A stretch of 62,928 nucleotides of DNA, filler included, from Olpidium bornovanus S191 (Eukaryota; Fungi; Olpidiomycota), in the NCBI GenBank assembly GCA_017911155.1. It is 34 parts of 34 records of this genome, joined end to end, with 100 filler letters (N's around TTAATTAATTAA, not from the genome) between each part and the next. Parts side by side here need not be neighbours in the genome. Positions count along the whole stretch, not along the records: positions 1 to 1,040 come from JAEFCI010001249.1; positions 1,141 to 2,664 come from JAEFCI010009801.1; positions 2,765 to 3,985 come from JAEFCI010005585.1; positions 4,086 to 5,239 come from JAEFCI010013150.1; positions 5,340 to 7,702 come from JAEFCI010002397.1; positions 7,803 to 8,822 come from JAEFCI010008814.1; positions 8,923 to 10,227 come from JAEFCI010000011.1; positions 10,328 to 11,529 come from JAEFCI010002773.1; 26 more parts are not named here. One strand, written 5' to 3'. Numbering within the stretch: position 1 is the stretch's first letter; each line of letters opens with the position of its first letter. Both the position numbers and the translations under genes were made by a program. A model generated the notes under the pieces. That model saw nothing but the letters and a program-made list of their open reading frames with translations. It had not been told where the DNA came from and searched no databases. This document shows, piece by piece, positions 1 through 10,612 of this stretch.

Positions 1-1
1 C

Positions 2-765
2 ATGAAGTTCGCATTTGCCACCGTTGTTATCGCTGCTGTGCTGGCCACGGCCGCTGCTCACGAGGGTGGCAACCACGGCAACAACTGCGCCAATTGTTCC
101 CCGACTCCGACGCCGGCTTTCTCCACGGCCGATCCCGGCCCGATTAACATTCCCCCCCAGAAGCTCCCCACGAATCCCGACGATCCCAACAGCGTTCCCC
201 CTTCCGCCGGCGAGTTCGGTCTTCGGCAGGAGACTCCCGACGTTCCCGGAAACCCTTGCCTCACTGGCCGCAATAACGGTGAGTGATTCAGCAAGGAACC
301 TAGCGGGTAAAAAGTCCCCCCGGATAGCAAAGGTTGCTCATTCTTCGTCGGTTTCTTTTCGTCACTCCTCTCCTCCCGCCGCTGCTCTTCACTTTTTTCT
401 CTGCTTCGAAAGGTGAATTTGTTTTCGCCACCTGCGCTCTGCAGGCCGTCGACCGCCGGTTCGTTCAAGCCAACGTTGGCGGCCAGCCGGCCTTGATCGT
501 CCGGCGGCAGTACGATCCGAACTTCCCTGGCGGCCCGGGTGCGATCAACGCCCAACTCGCCGATGGGCCGAACTGCCTTGGCATTAGGCCCGACGGCCTT
601 CTTTCGGCCGTCCCGTGCTCGCTGGACAACAAGGCGCAGCTCACGAACGGAGAGATCAGGATCGGTAACCAGTGCATCACCGGCGGCCGCACTGCGCGCC
701 TCATCAGCGGCCAGGTCGCCATCGGCACTAGTGGCTGCACGAAGTTCCAAACTGTTCTGCCTTAA
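2..765 (+). CDS. Secreted protein: signal peptide, Pro-rich linker and Cys-rich, possibly ricin-B/beta-trefoil-like domain (exons 2-278, 413-765)
   Basis: The hydrophobic N-terminus is MKFAFATVVIAAVLATAAA. A GTGAGT donor at 279 and an AG acceptor at 411-412 after a pyrimidine tract join in frame (NNG-EFVFATC). The C-terminal region has spaced Cys motifs (NCLGI, PCSL, QCITG, GCTK). The fold call is tentative. Confidence 0.7.
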
Positions 766-1040
766 ACACGAAGGTTAACGGTCGACTCTTGGAGAAGTTT
801 GGGTAATGCGATTTAGTTTGAGAATGCGGAATTCGCAGTCGCAGTCGTTTTTGCTTCATCTTCACGTAGCGGGTAACTTAGCTGTTCCCATCACCTTTGA
901 AGAATACAAAACGCCTCCTTTTCTCCGCATTGGCAAATGGCGCGATTGGAATCTTGCGGGTGTTCGGTTTTAAGGCGCTGTGGATAAAGAAATGTGAGGG
1001 AAGGAGCCCCAGGGCCATAGTTACGAACTCTCTCTGCATG

Positions 1041-1140
1041 NNNNNNNNNNNNNNNNNNNNNNNNNNNNNNNNNNNNNNNNNNNNTTAATTAATTAANNNN
1101 NNNNNNNNNNNNNNNNNNNNNNNNNNNNNNNNNNNNNNNN
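1041..1140. other. Artificial contig-joining spacer (first of 33 identical copies: 44 N + TTAATTAATTAA + 44 N)
   Basis: An identical 100-nt unit lies between every contig, and TTAATTAATTAA places stop codons in all six frames. Confidence 0.98.
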
Positions 1141-1333
1141 CCCCGCCGCTCACGTGACATCAAAGCGCCTGGGCAGAAATAGCCCCTCTCTCTTAGAGGA
1201 GGCCCCCAAACCGCCAGCAAGTCACCCGCAGGTGCTAACCCCCTCACCCCTCTACGCCCCCAACACGCGGTTGAGAATCAGGGTGAACACGCGATGGAGA
1301 ATCGGGGTAGGCGTGTTGGGGGCGAAGAGGGGA

Positions 1334-1524
1334 TGTCGAACCTGGGCGGCGCCAGGGCCCCGCCCGGACCTTTAGGCCATATACCGCTCCCGGGGTCAAC
1401 ACAGCCCCCGGGGCAACCCGTTGTAGTGCGGGATTTCTAGTACGCTACTCCTCTCTCTCTCTCTACCACCAACCGCTCGCTCGCGCGCTCAATACACACT
1501 CTTCACACAACGGGTTATGAGCCC
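1334..1524 (+). mobile_element. Ty1/copia-type LTR (about 1334-1512) followed by PBS GGTTATGAGCCC (1513-1524)
   Basis: It starts TGTCG directly after a purine tract, contains a CATATA box and ends CAACG (degenerate CAACA). The PBS is complementary to the tRNAiMet anticodon arm GGGCTCATAACC, as used by Ty5 and Drosophila copia. Confidence 0.7.
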
Positions 1525-1821
1525 AAGCCGGACCTGACGGCGAAGCTCGCAGCGCAGCCCGCCGCCGCCGCCGCCTGCCCCCGCCCGCCGCCGCATCTTG
1601 CCGGCCGCCGCTGCGCGCCGCCGCCGCCGCCCGCAGCTCGTCGCAGCCGCGCTCACCGCCGCAGCCGCGCTCCCTCCATCTGCAGCAGCGCTCACCGTTG
1701 CGCGCCGTTGCCGCCGCCCACACCTTCTCTGCGCCGCGCGCAAAGATAAATAAGAGATTACGCGAAAGGCCGTCCATACAGCACCGTCCCGCCGCAGCGC
1801 CGCTAACCGTTACCGAGACAC

Positions 1822-2430
1822 GTGGCTGGGGCGACAAGAAACAAGGCTCCTCTTCCCCGAGAGATAGGCAGCCTTCACAAGCAAATCGAAAAGATACGAA
1901 ATGCTGCCGAGAAAACAGCCTCAGACAACAAAAGGACAGGCGGACAACGCCGGGCAGACGCAGATACCCTTGATCCTAACGCCCTCGACGTGTTAGAACG
2001 CCCAGAGCGTGTGGGAATCCAAGGATGTTACGACAAGAAACCGATTGTAATCTCCGCGTCCGATCCTCCTGCTAGCAAGTCGATGACCCCCGGCCAGGAT
2101 GGCGGCAGTAGCGAGAAGGACGACACCAGATCTGGCCACCTACAACAAACAGCTGGTTCGGCGTCTGCTAGTGACTACCCTTCCGGCAGTAAGGCCAAAC
2201 TGCAGTCTGAACAGACAGGGAAGCGCCAAAAGGGCAAAGGGGTCACCGGCGATGCCAACCCGCCGGGTCCGGTGAGTTCTGATCGCGACACTGAAAGTGA
2301 AACAATGCTCGAGGGTAGACGTCAAAGGAAAGATGATAATGCGGTGATACGGTGTCACTTCTCCCCGTCCGCCCATCTCGACCCCAATTCGCCCGGCGAC
2401 ACAAAGGGCGCCAAGCAGGACAGGCACTAG
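1822..2430 (+). CDS. Intronless low-complexity ORF downstream of the PBS, possibly a degenerate retroelement ORF
   Basis: A 202-aa ORF 300 nt after the PBS with no recognisable domain. Confidence 0.3.
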   Translation: MAGATRNKAPLPREIGSLHKQIEKIRNAAEKTASDNKRTGGQRRADADTLDPNALDVLERPERVGIQGCYDKKPIVISASDPPASKSMTPGQDGGSSEKDDTRSGHLQQTAGSASASDYPSGSKAKLQSEQTGKRQKGKGVTGDANPPGPVSSDRDTESETMLEGRRQRKDDNAVIRCHFSPSAHLDPNSPGDTKGAKQDRH

Positions 2431-2870
2431 GACAATGACCACCATCATAGGTGCTGCCTTCATCAACGAAAATGTGCGCATACGTCACGTCGTTATTCGC
2501 CCTGCAACTTGAACGATTCAGATGAAACTGACTCCGAGGAGGCCGGCTGACGTCACCGCCACTTTTGATGCCGTAATCAAAGGAGGCGACGCTCACTTTC
2601 CTCATCGAGCGATTCCTCCTTATCAGCGGACACTCGTTACCATCATCGCAACCATCGACATGACNNNNNNNNNNNNNNNNNNNNNNNNNNNNNNNNNNNN
2701 NNNNNNNNTTAATTAATTAANNNNNNNNNNNNNNNNNNNNNNNNNNNNNNNNNNNNNNNNNNNNGGAATAAAAGAGGCGGTAGAGGTACATATAACGCCT
2801 TCATATAGGGCATATAACGCATATAAGGCTTCATATAAGCCATGGTGAGCAGCAGCGTCTGCTATAAAGC

Positions 2871-3946
2871 TCATCCACAATAGAATGCGATGTCGCGACT
2901 CTCCCGGTCAACTTCCCTTTCCTTCAGAAGTAGGTTCACGGAACTGTCTTCAGAGTCCCCAGTCTCCTCCCTTTTGGGCTGGCCTTTCTTCCCCTTTTCG
3001 CCTCGGGTGCCTCGCTTGCGGCGGGGCTTGTCATTGCTGCTCTTGTCATTGCTGCTCCTGTCATTGCTGCTCTTGGCGCTGCTGCCCTTGGCACTGCTGT
3101 CTTTGGCGTTGCTGCCCTTTGCGTTGCTGCCCGTCTTAGAGCGGCATTCAGCGGCGAAGTGCCGAGGCTTGCCACAGGAGAAACAGGTGCCTTTCTTCCT
3201 TCCACCGGAAATCGACGTCTTCCACGTTTTTGCAATGAGAGCTTCATCCCCCCCGCTGTCCTCCTTTTTCCTTCGGAGATCGGCCTCCCTCAGCACGGCG
3301 ATTGTCTCCGTGAGGGACGGACGTATCCATCTGCCGGTCTCCTTGTCCCGCCGGATCCCGCTCTCCAGCGCATCGATCGTCGTGCGAAAGAGGTGGAGGG
3401 AACCAGTAAGGACAATGTCGCGCGCTATGCGTGGCCAGTCACCTTCTTCGCCAATGTCAACCAGGCGCTGGACTTGCTCCTTTACTCGTGCTACGAACTT
3501 GTCCATGCTGTCAGAAGTTTTCATTTTCATTGTGTATAAGTCTTGGATGAGGTCAAGTCTGGCGCATGAGCCTACGTCCTCGAGTTCGCGCAGAGAGCAT
3601 CCCACGCGTCCTTCGCGCTTTCCTTTCCCTTCAAGAGGTGTTTGTAAGTGCGTCCAACGTGAAGATACAGTTCTCCTAAGGCCTCACCGTCGGTTCTCGA
3701 CCAATTGCGCAGCTGAGCCGGTGAGGTCGGCCGCGGCTCTTCTCCCGTGATCCATTCCCATTGGCCCCGGCGCAGGAAGACGGCGCGCATGTCCTCCTTC
3801 CAGGATTGCCCTCCTCCAAGGGGGCAATGACCAGCTTGACGGTAACGGTCCGATCGTGGTCGTTCATGGCGAGAGAGGAAGGGGGGTAATCGGTTTTCCG
3901 TGAATAATGTGCGCTCAGATGAGACTGCAAATGGTAATAACGGCAC
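2871..3946 (-). mobile_element. Ty1/copia gag remnant (frameshifted), with CCHC zinc knuckle
   Basis: The copia-gag-like N-terminal segment (WKEDMRAVFLRRGQWEWITGEEPRP...SAKDAWDAL) continues after a frameshift to the CX2CX4HX4C knuckle CFSCGKPRHFAAEC. A stop occurs before any protease motif. Confidence 0.85.
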
Positions 3947-4274
3947 GCGGCAAAAACTTGCCGGCGGCCCTGCTCTCCCGTGGGANNNNNNNNNNNNNNN
4001 NNNNNNNNNNNNNNNNNNNNNNNNNNNNNTTAATTAATTAANNNNNNNNNNNNNNNNNNNNNNNNNNNNNNNNNNNNNNNNNNNNCGGGCGGAGGACTCA
4101 GAGGTGGGGACAAGGTGGTCCCGTGACCCGGGGCCGACCAATAGAATAGCCCCCCCCCGCCCCCCCCCTTCCCCCCGCCACCCCCCCCGGCTTTGACTTC
4201 CCGCCGCCTGCATTTGTGCACCCGCCGTCTCTTCTGGCGACGCCCTCTCACGCCTGCCGCCTCTTGCTCCGCAG

Positions 4275-5139
4275 AGTTGGTGGGCGACGGAACCGTCGAC
4301 CTCGGCCCGACCTACCAGCGCGAAGTCGTCTGGAATTCGCAGAAGCAGTCGTACCTGAGTGAGCCACCAGTGCCTTCGCCCGAACACGCATTACGTCTCG
4401 CTACCCCCCGGCTGGCGGCCCGTCTCACTCCCTTCCAAATTGCAGTCGACAGCCTTCGGAACCACTATTATGTCCCTCCCATCGTATTTGCCCTGCGTCA
4501 GACCGCGCAGGGGACCTGGAAGCTAAACGTCGTTGACGGCAAGCAGCGCCTTACGAGCATCCTCAAGTTCTACAACAACGAGATTCCCTCCCGGCCGCCG
4601 AAGAATTCGGGTTCCAACCAGGGCGTGTACTACTACTCGCGTGCTGACAACGTCGGGAGAGCTGAGGTGATGAACGCGGAGGAGCGAGCGAGATTCGACG
4701 CGCTGGAAATGATATGCGGTGAGCGCCTGTTTTTTTCCTTTGTTTCTCCTTAACATCCCCGCTTCTATGGCGGACCGGCCCGGTGTAGCGCCGCGTCAAC
4801 TAATTACTACGTTTTTCGGCAACGCAGTTCAGTACATCGGTTTGACCGAGTCGCAAGAACGCGAGCTTTTCCAAAGGATGCAGATGGGAGCCTCGCTGAC
4901 GAACAGTGAGGTTGGTTCGCAATTCGGTTGCTTCAGAAGGTCCGCCGCAGAATTTATCGGCGTCTACCCGTTCCGGTTGTGTACGAGGCTGACGCCGGCG
5001 GTTTGCTTACAGAAACTGCACGCCGTGGATTCTCCGGTCAACGAACTTATCGATGAGATCCAGAAGAAATGCCCAGTCATCGTTGGGTGCATGCGGAATG
5101 CGCGGCTCAAGCTTTCCATGACTTTGGGCCAGGTACGCG
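4275..5139 (+). CDS. DUF262 (GmrSD N-terminal / ParB-like) domain protein, partial, multi-exon
   Basis: Spliced exons 4275-4358, 4446-4718, 4828 onward give DLGPTYQREVVWNSQKQSYLIDSL, VVDGKQRLTSILKF and ELFQRMQMGASLT, matching the DUF262 motifs PxYQRxxxW and DG(Q/K)QR. Confidence 0.85.
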
Positions 5140-5339
5140 TCGGCCGGACGGTCGCCTTAATGTCTGCGGTGTAAGGTCGCGGAGCCGAAGCTCACGCTAT
5201 CCCCGTTCGCGTTTTTGTACTGTCAGGGCATATACATGCNNNNNNNNNNNNNNNNNNNNNNNNNNNNNNNNNNNNNNNNNNNNTTAATTAATTAANNNNN
5301 NNNNNNNNNNNNNNNNNNNNNNNNNNNNNNNNNNNNNNN

Positions 5340-7205
5340 CATGCCGCGATGGCGAGCGCCCGGGAAATTTCATACGCAGCAAAACCCAGCAGCAGGTACA
5401 AGATCGTGTACCCCACCGTCAGAGGCTTAAAAGCGACGATGTCCGGTTGGCACATCGTGCCGTCTTGAGGGTGGAGGCAAGAGTGGGGAGGGGAGAAGGA
5501 GGGAGTGGGGGATGGGGAGTGTGATCGGTAGTGCGCACGGGAACGACACACATCAAAACTGTCCCCGGTAACGGCAGAAACAAGAAGAAAAAAGACAGAC
5601 CGCAGGACCTACTTTGGAAACTGTACATTCCTTGAGTAAACTAAAAGAATTTTTAGAAATAAATTTTGTTTGCCGCAACGTCTCAGATACGGACTCCACC
5701 GCAAAGAGGGAAACAGCTTCGCGAGAGCCGCCCGTTGCCGGACCACCGTCCTGTAAAAAGCTTTACCTCATAAAAAATGGTGCTGTAACTGGCGAGGGCG
5801 TCCAACGGCTCCACCGCAAGGTACGCCGGGTTGTGCCGCACGGCGAACGTACCGCGCGTTCCGCTGGGCTCAAAAAGGATGGTGTTGCGGGCGTTGCGAA
5901 GCTCCTCCAGCACGGCCTCGGCCGTGCGCTCTGCGACGTTCACCGCAGTCCATCCCCAGGCCGGCGATTCGGGATAGTGGACGTCGCTGCCGGTGAACGC
6001 GCCGAGGGGCCGACCCGAGGTCGCGTTACGGGAACGCGCAAACGCCCAGCTGATCGTGTCAAACTCGCCCTGGTTGGTCACCTCGAAGGCGTCGACGCCC
6101 ATCGCCAGTAGCTCGTCCCGCGACGGGTGGTTCGGAAGTCGGGCGACCTGGAAACCGGCGTTGGTAGTGTTGGACCTGCGTCCAAAAAAAAATAGAAAGT
6201 CTTCCGTTGGGGAGGTTTTTTTTTTTCTTTTTTGGCTCACGCTGCGGGAGTTTTCCGTAAAGCAAACGTTTCCGGGTAATCGCATGTTCACGTAGGGAGG
6301 CGGCGTACCACGGAATGTGGTTCACGCTCACAATCCCCCCGAGAGAGTGTACTTTGTCGATCATTCTTTTGAGCTCATCGTTGGTCGGCACAGCCGGGGC
6401 AAGTTCGATCATCTGGTCGATGCCGATGAGGTTCATGTGAACCCGGCAGGACGAATACTCCATCGCAGGAATGACAATGAAGCCCGGCTCGTTTTTGGCG
6501 GCCCAATCCCTCGTGGCGAGTGCGCCTTCCAGCGTGTTGTGGTCCGATACTATCAGAGCATCGAAACCGTTCACCTTTGCCCACGAAACCAGCTGGGCCG
6601 GCGCCATCCTGCTCAATATCAATTTGCGGGCCGACGTAGGGGGGGGGTGAGAAACGGGGTGTGTCCGGCTAAGAACCCACCTGGTGAAGCCGATTTTGAG
6701 AGCCTAGCCCTCACCTCCCGTCGCTAAAGGTGGTGTGAGAGTGAGTGTCCGCGAGCACGTTGTACTGTCCGAATCCCTTATCTAGAGGCTCCAGGTAGCG
6801 GGGGTCGAAGGGAGTCCAATCGAACTGCAAATCGTGGTAGTCGTGGGGCTCAGGCATCGACACCCGATACCGGATTAGGGTGAACAGTGCGAACAAGACC
6901 ACAAACACGGCGACCAGCGTGGCGAGGCGGGCCCCCGCGGCCAGTGAGTAGCTTTTTGCGCGGGTCAGGACGTCCTTTGGCGCCGTCGGTCGCAGACCGC
7001 TGGCGACATCGCTGTCCGAGCAGCCCGGCGGGCCGTCGGCTTCGCGGGGCAACGGCTCGGTACGGGCCGGAAAGCCGGCAAGCGTTTGGTCATCCTCCGG
7101 CGGCTCGAGCACGTCCTGCTCGGTGGTTCCGGGAGGGGGCGGGGCCGCACCCCGAGAGGTGACGCCAGACGACGTCGGCGCGGCCGACAACGCGCTCCCG
7201 GCCAT
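5340..7205 (-). CDS. PHP-domain (polymerase/histidinol phosphatase-like) membrane protein, 3' partial
   Basis: Exons 7205-6715, 6608-6309 and 6175-about 5767, plus a final TM exon. Motifs are DTHSHTTFSDG, IVSDHN, EYS, NHIPW and DAFEV, with N- and C-terminal hydrophobic helices. Confidence 0.85.
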
Positions 7206-7802
7206 TGGGAAAAGACACGGGGGAGACAGGAGGCAACGCCTAGACGTTTGCTTGCCGGCTTTGATCCAAGCTTGTTTGCACGGCTTCGGCTCCACGCAGA
7301 AGGCAGGCAACGCGCACCGCGGGCGGGGCAGGATGGAGCGGGAGCGAGCGGAGGGGCGCCGGCGGTGGGAACAGCCGACGCGCGGGCGGGCGGGCGGACA
7401 GGCGCGGGCGCGGGGTCTTGCTGGTCGGGCAAGCACGGCGGGCGCGCGCGTCGCGTTCGCTGTGACGCCCGCGCGACACAAAGGAGAAAAAAAAAAAAGA
7501 AAAAGAAAATCTCAAAAACAGAGATGATAGAAAAAAAAAAAAAAATGGATATCGGAGTGACAGCTTCCGCACGGCTCAGCGCATAGCGCGCATATCCAAG
7601 CCCCGGCGGCGTTGCTTTCGGCGCAGATCGGCACAGCCTCCAAGCACCACCGCAGCAGCACCAATTCCCCGGCCTCTGAGCAGCGCGGCACAGCCTCCCA
7701 TGNNNNNNNNNNNNNNNNNNNNNNNNNNNNNNNNNNNNNNNNNNNNTTAATTAATTAANNNNNNNNNNNNNNNNNNNNNNNNNNNNNNNNNNNNNNNNNN
7801 NN

Positions 7803-8822
7803 CATGACGGCCGAATTGCCATCGAGGAAGGCAATCCGGGAGAGGCCTTCGCAGTTCTGAAACGAGTCGACGACAAGGGGCTGCTGCGGTTCGAAAACAA
7901 CCTCGGCGGCCTCATTGGCCTTGAGCGAGTGCGGGGACTCGAGCTTCTTGCGTCCAGTCTCCTTGCCGATCTTCCACTTAATCTCCTTGATGCGGCACGC
8001 CGAGCGGCCGCACCGAACGAAGCCGATGGGGGAGTACCCGGCCTTAACCTCCCCGGGAATGTCCAGGGTTTGGATTTGGGCAGTGAAAGACTTGACGGCC
8101 TTGAGGGTGCTGTCGTCCTTGTAGATCATCACGTCGCCGGCACGAGGCATGTTCTGCTTATCGAGGCCTTTGATGTTCATGCCGATGTTGTCGCCCGTCA
8201 CGCCCTTCTCGATCTTTTTGTGGTGCATCTCCACAGTGAATATTTTGCCGGCGCACGGCGTGGCGGTACTGCGGTGCGATGAAAAGGACGACAGCGTCAG
8301 ATGGCCAAGGTGAAGTGGACCCGCGTCTCGTGGGCGATAACAAATCCTTCTACTAACGTGTGAGTGGGAAGGAAGATGACATCCTTGTTCGGAACGACTT
8401 CGCCCTGCTCAACGCGGCCGGTGAGCACATCGCCGACGCCCTTAATCTTGTAAATACCCGAGATAGGGACGCGCATTGCAGCGTCGGACTTGCGCGGAGG
8501 CAGCTCCGCAAATTCGTTAAGAACGTCGAGCAGCGTGACAACCTTGATGGGCTTGTTGTCCGAAGGCTTGAGAACCTCCTGGCCGCTCCACCAGGCCATC
8601 TTTTCGGACTTCTTGATGAGGTTATCGCCCTGCCAACCGGAGAGGGGAATGACGGGCACGGACTTCTCGACAAATTCCTTCTTCCAACCTGTTTTGACGA
8701 GCATGTCGCGCATTTCAGCCGAAATCTCATCGAAACGCTCCTTCTTGTAGGGGCCGGCGGGGTCCGTGTCCATCTTGTTCACGCCCACGACGAGCTGTTT
8801 CACGCCTAGGAGGTTGAGCAGG
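7803..8822 (-). CDS. EFL: Elongation factor-like protein EFL, C-terminal part (domains I end, II, III); exons 8822-8358, 8268-7803
   Basis: LLNLLGVKQLVVGVNKMD, PIPLSGWQGDNL-like, ISGIYKIKGVGDVLTGRVEQG, GDNIGMNIKGL and GYSPIGFVRCGRSAC are EFL-type rather than EF-1alpha signatures. Confidence 0.92.
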
Positions 8823-8960
8823 NNNNNNNNNNNNNNNNNNNNNNNNNNNNNNNNNNNNNNNNNNNNTTAATTAATTAANNNNNNNNNNNNNNNNNNNNNN
8901 NNNNNNNNNNNNNNNNNNNNNNGGGAAGGGGGGGGGGGGGGGGGCGGGGCGCGGCGGCGG

Positions 8961-10094
8961 TTAAAAAACCGGCCCGTTACCTTGCTCGGGGTACGCGTCC
9001 AATATCGCGCGGCGGCGGCGGACGGGCTGCGACGACGACGGCGGGAGGACGCCGTCGGCGTCGCCGGCGGGCGCGGCGGAGTTGACGACGGACGCCGGGC
9101 GGCCGACGTGGGCCCAGCGGGCCGACCGGACTTTGCGGCCGAGGAGGCACGCGCCGGGCGCGGGCCCGTCCGCCCGGATCTCGAACTCGGCGCACTCGCC
9201 GGGCCCCGCCGCCGCAGCCGCCGCAGCCGCCGCCGCAGCCGCCGCAGCCGCCGCCGCCGCCGCCGCCGCCGCCCGCTCGCCGTTGCAGTCGCGCGCCCTC
9301 CGCGCCGCGGAGTCCCTGCTCCCCGTACTCCCCGAATCCTCGTCCTCTCGCGCGGGGGGCGCGGCGGCGCGCTCCCCGGCGTCGTCCGAAAAAGCGGAGT
9401 ACGACGACCCGATCGCGGTCCGCGACTGGACCGACTTGGACCGCGGCCGGACGATGGCGCCCCGGTTCGCCCGCAGCAGCGCCAGCACGTCTCCGGCGGT
9501 CAGGTTTCCCGCGCCCTTGCCGAGGCTGCTCTGCTCTTCCTTCTTCACGTCCGTGACGACGACGTGATCCCGCGGCTCGCATCCCTGTGTGTTCCCGAGT
9601 CGTTCGGTTTGAAACGAAAAAAAAAAAAATTCCGCCGGCAAATTCCGAATTTGTCCACCCGCAGTTCTTTTCGCAAGCTCTTACCGACGCGACGTCAAAC
9701 GGGTGAAAACGATATTGCGGTTTCAGGCAACACGGATAACTGCTTGTCCGGGTATCGGTCAGCAGGCGTGCAAGAAAGAAAACTCGAGGGAAAGCGAACA
9801 GAAACTTCGACAGATGTACCTCATGGAAACGAGGGGGGGGGAGGACGGGAGAAAAGAAATCACTCACAATCCCTTGCCTTCGCCAGGTGGGTACATGATT
9901 TCGCTCCGGTGGTAATAACAGGATCCGAACTCGCGGATGGGAAAGTCGTGACCGCAGGTGGAGCAGTGCAGGTGTGCAAAAAATCCCCAGATCCTGAAAG
10001 AAAAAACCGTGGGCGGCGGACTTACTCATCGGCCCGCGCAGCCCTCACGCCGCTGAACCAGTCGTTTACCTGTAGAACGTTTCCCTCCAGGTGA
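8961..10094 (-). CDS. Uncharacterised multi-exon protein fragment with Ala-rich low-complexity region
   Basis: An ORF at 8961-9641 with a poly-Ala (GCC)n tract and splice-like sites upstream; no domain recognised. Confidence 0.3.
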
Positions 10095-10612
10095 GGCCCC
10101 TCCTCCGCAGTTCTGCGACGTAGCAGTTCACCGAGAACGAGAGATCTCTGTGGTGGCGCCCGGAAAAAAACGGCCGTGCGGTCAGCGGAAAAAACCTCAT
10201 CCCGATGCGGCCGCCCCGCGCCCCCCCNNNNNNNNNNNNNNNNNNNNNNNNNNNNNNNNNNNNNNNNNNNNTTAATTAATTAANNNNNNNNNNNNNNNNN
10301 NNNNNNNNNNNNNNNNNNNNNNNNNNNGTGTTGGGAGGGGAGGGGAGGGGAGGGGAAAAGGGGGGAGGGCAGCGTTAAGAGGGGGCGAGGAAAGGGGAGG
10401 AAAGGGGAGGAACAAAAGGGGAGGAGGAAAAGGGGGGGAGGAGGAGAAGAGAGGGAAGGCAGAGAGACGGCGGACCCGGTCGAGAGTCGCCCGCCAGCCG
10501 AGCAAACCCAAAACAAAAAAAAATAAAAAGAAAGAAAAACAAAACGAACCTCGGCAGAGCCCGCCTACCCAACCCACCGCCAGGTTAACGCCGGAGGAAA
10601 CTCGCGAACAAC

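Noticed and set aside
1085-1096. Regularly recurring TTAATTAATTAA between N runs, superficially like a CRISPR or dispersed repeat
   Set aside because: It has fixed 44-N flanks and six-frame stops, which marks an artificial concatenation linker.
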